Source: an uncultured archaeon | Lineage (GTDB): Archaea > Aenigmatarchaeota > Aenigmatarchaeia > CG10238-14 > SCSR01 | DNA: 32,316 nt | Assembly: GCA_964606565.1 (NCBI GenBank) | Contig: CAZSGV010000001.1 | Span: forward strand, 1 to 32,316 | Reading direction: 5' to 3' | Part shown: in pieces, positions 31,960 through 32,316 of the stretch | Position numbering within the stretch: position 1 is the first letter of the stretch | Layout: each line of letters starts with the position of its first letter | Notes under the pieces: model-generated | What the model saw: the letters and a program-made list of their open reading frames with translations, nothing else | The model's database searches: none | Told to the model about the DNA's origin: nothing | Made by a program: the position numbers and the translations under genes

Positions 31960-32241
31960 ATGAAAATCAAACTATCGCCGACGTACGAGGGAAAATGCAT
32001 GATATGCGGAAAAGACAAAATCGTTTTTTCAGCTGGGGACGAAGAGACAAAGAAGATCGTTACAATCTGCAAGGATTGCGCGAAGGAAATCGGGGATGTT
32101 CCCACATCAGAAGTCATCGAAAAACATGGCCAAGTCAATGAAGAAGCGTTCTCTGCTCAGGGCATGCAGATAAAAGGTCTAAACAAACTGCAGGAAGAGC
32201 TTAAAAAACGAAAAGAAGACAAAGAAAACAAGCAAAAATAG
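31960..32241 (+). CDS. Small zinc-ribbon protein with Lys/Glu-rich tail
   Basis: 93 aa. CMICGK...CKDCAK (CxxC-x22-CxxC). No SD; an AT-rich box about 20-30 nt upstream suggests a leaderless mRNA. Confidence 0.5.
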   Translation: MKIKLSPTYEGKCMICGKDKIVFSAGDEETKKIVTICKDCAKEIGDVPTSEVIEKHGQVNEEAFSAQGMQIKGLNKLQEELKKRKEDKENKQK

Positions 32242-32316
32242 GCCGACATCGGAAGTCTTGTTTCAATCGTTTTATTTCTTCAATTCTATAAAATCAGATA
32301 GTTGAATATTGTGGAA

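Noticed and set aside
31821-32141. A 106-aa plus-strand ORF and an 83-aa minus-strand ORF overlapping the zinc-ribbon gene.
   Set aside because: - The N-terminal half is translated poly-T/low-complexity intergenic DNA (FFLFFPSFFFNFF).
- They overlap the more plausible CxxC..CxxC ORF (31960..32241) out of frame.
1-32316. A search by eye for CRISPR repeats, IS/transposase, integrase, toxin-antitoxin or known defence-system genes, and for rRNA.
   Set aside because: - No regularly spaced 25-40 bp repeats were seen.
- No DDE, tyrosine-recombinase or serine-recombinase motifs were seen, and no terminal inverted repeats flank any gene block.
- tRNA genes are intact, with no truncated duplicates that would mark integration sites.
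- No rRNA-like sequence was seen.

Overview
This is an archaeal chromosomal segment. It is AT-rich by eye (not computed) and very densely coded, with about 38 protein genes, 6 tRNAs and one SRP RNA.

Archaeal identity rests on:
- tRNA-splicing endonuclease EndA, ribosomal protein S17e, Pth2 and endonuclease Q
- a roughly 280-nt archaeal-type SRP RNA
- two tRNA genes with bulge-helix-bulge (BHB) introns, and a tRNA-Gln with an A1:U72 pair
- GGTGA/GGAGG Shine-Dalgarno (SD) sites or leaderless starts behind TATA-like boxes

The compact layout and the set of genes suggest a small-genome uncultivated lineage (DPANN-like or similar). I cannot assign a phylum from sequence alone.

Functional blocks:
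1. 1.9-7.6 kb: an island of secreted or anchored beta-sandwich and Cys-rich surface proteins.
2. 7.8-10.6 kb: EndoQ, an M50 site-2 protease and a membrane-anchored ATPase-less Lon (S16) protease.
3. A peptide/aromatic amino-acid fermentation module. It comprises an aminotransferase, ADP-forming acyl-CoA synthetase alpha (its beta subunit lies 14 kb away) and indolepyruvate:ferredoxin oxidoreductase IorAB.
4. 14.9-17.0 kb: a co-oriented mosaic of tRNA and protein genes. It includes a small protein with a ribosomal P-stalk-like C-terminal tail.
5. AMMECR1 and the AmmeMemoRadiSam radical SAM enzyme.
6. 18.2-25.5 kb: a helically phased GTTTCA repeat array, a membrane-tethered winged-helix (wHTH) regulator, a sequon-rich S-layer protein and glycosyltransferases, one of processive QxxRW type.

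I saw no CRISPR array, IS element, integrase, prophage or recognisable defence genes.

The best candidates for undescribed biology are:
- the GTTTCA array plus membrane-tethered regulator upstream of the S-layer gene, possibly coupled to the S16/M50 protease pair
- the P-stalk-tail mimic
- the two apparently homologous tRNA introns

All functional calls come from manual motif recognition. No searches were run.
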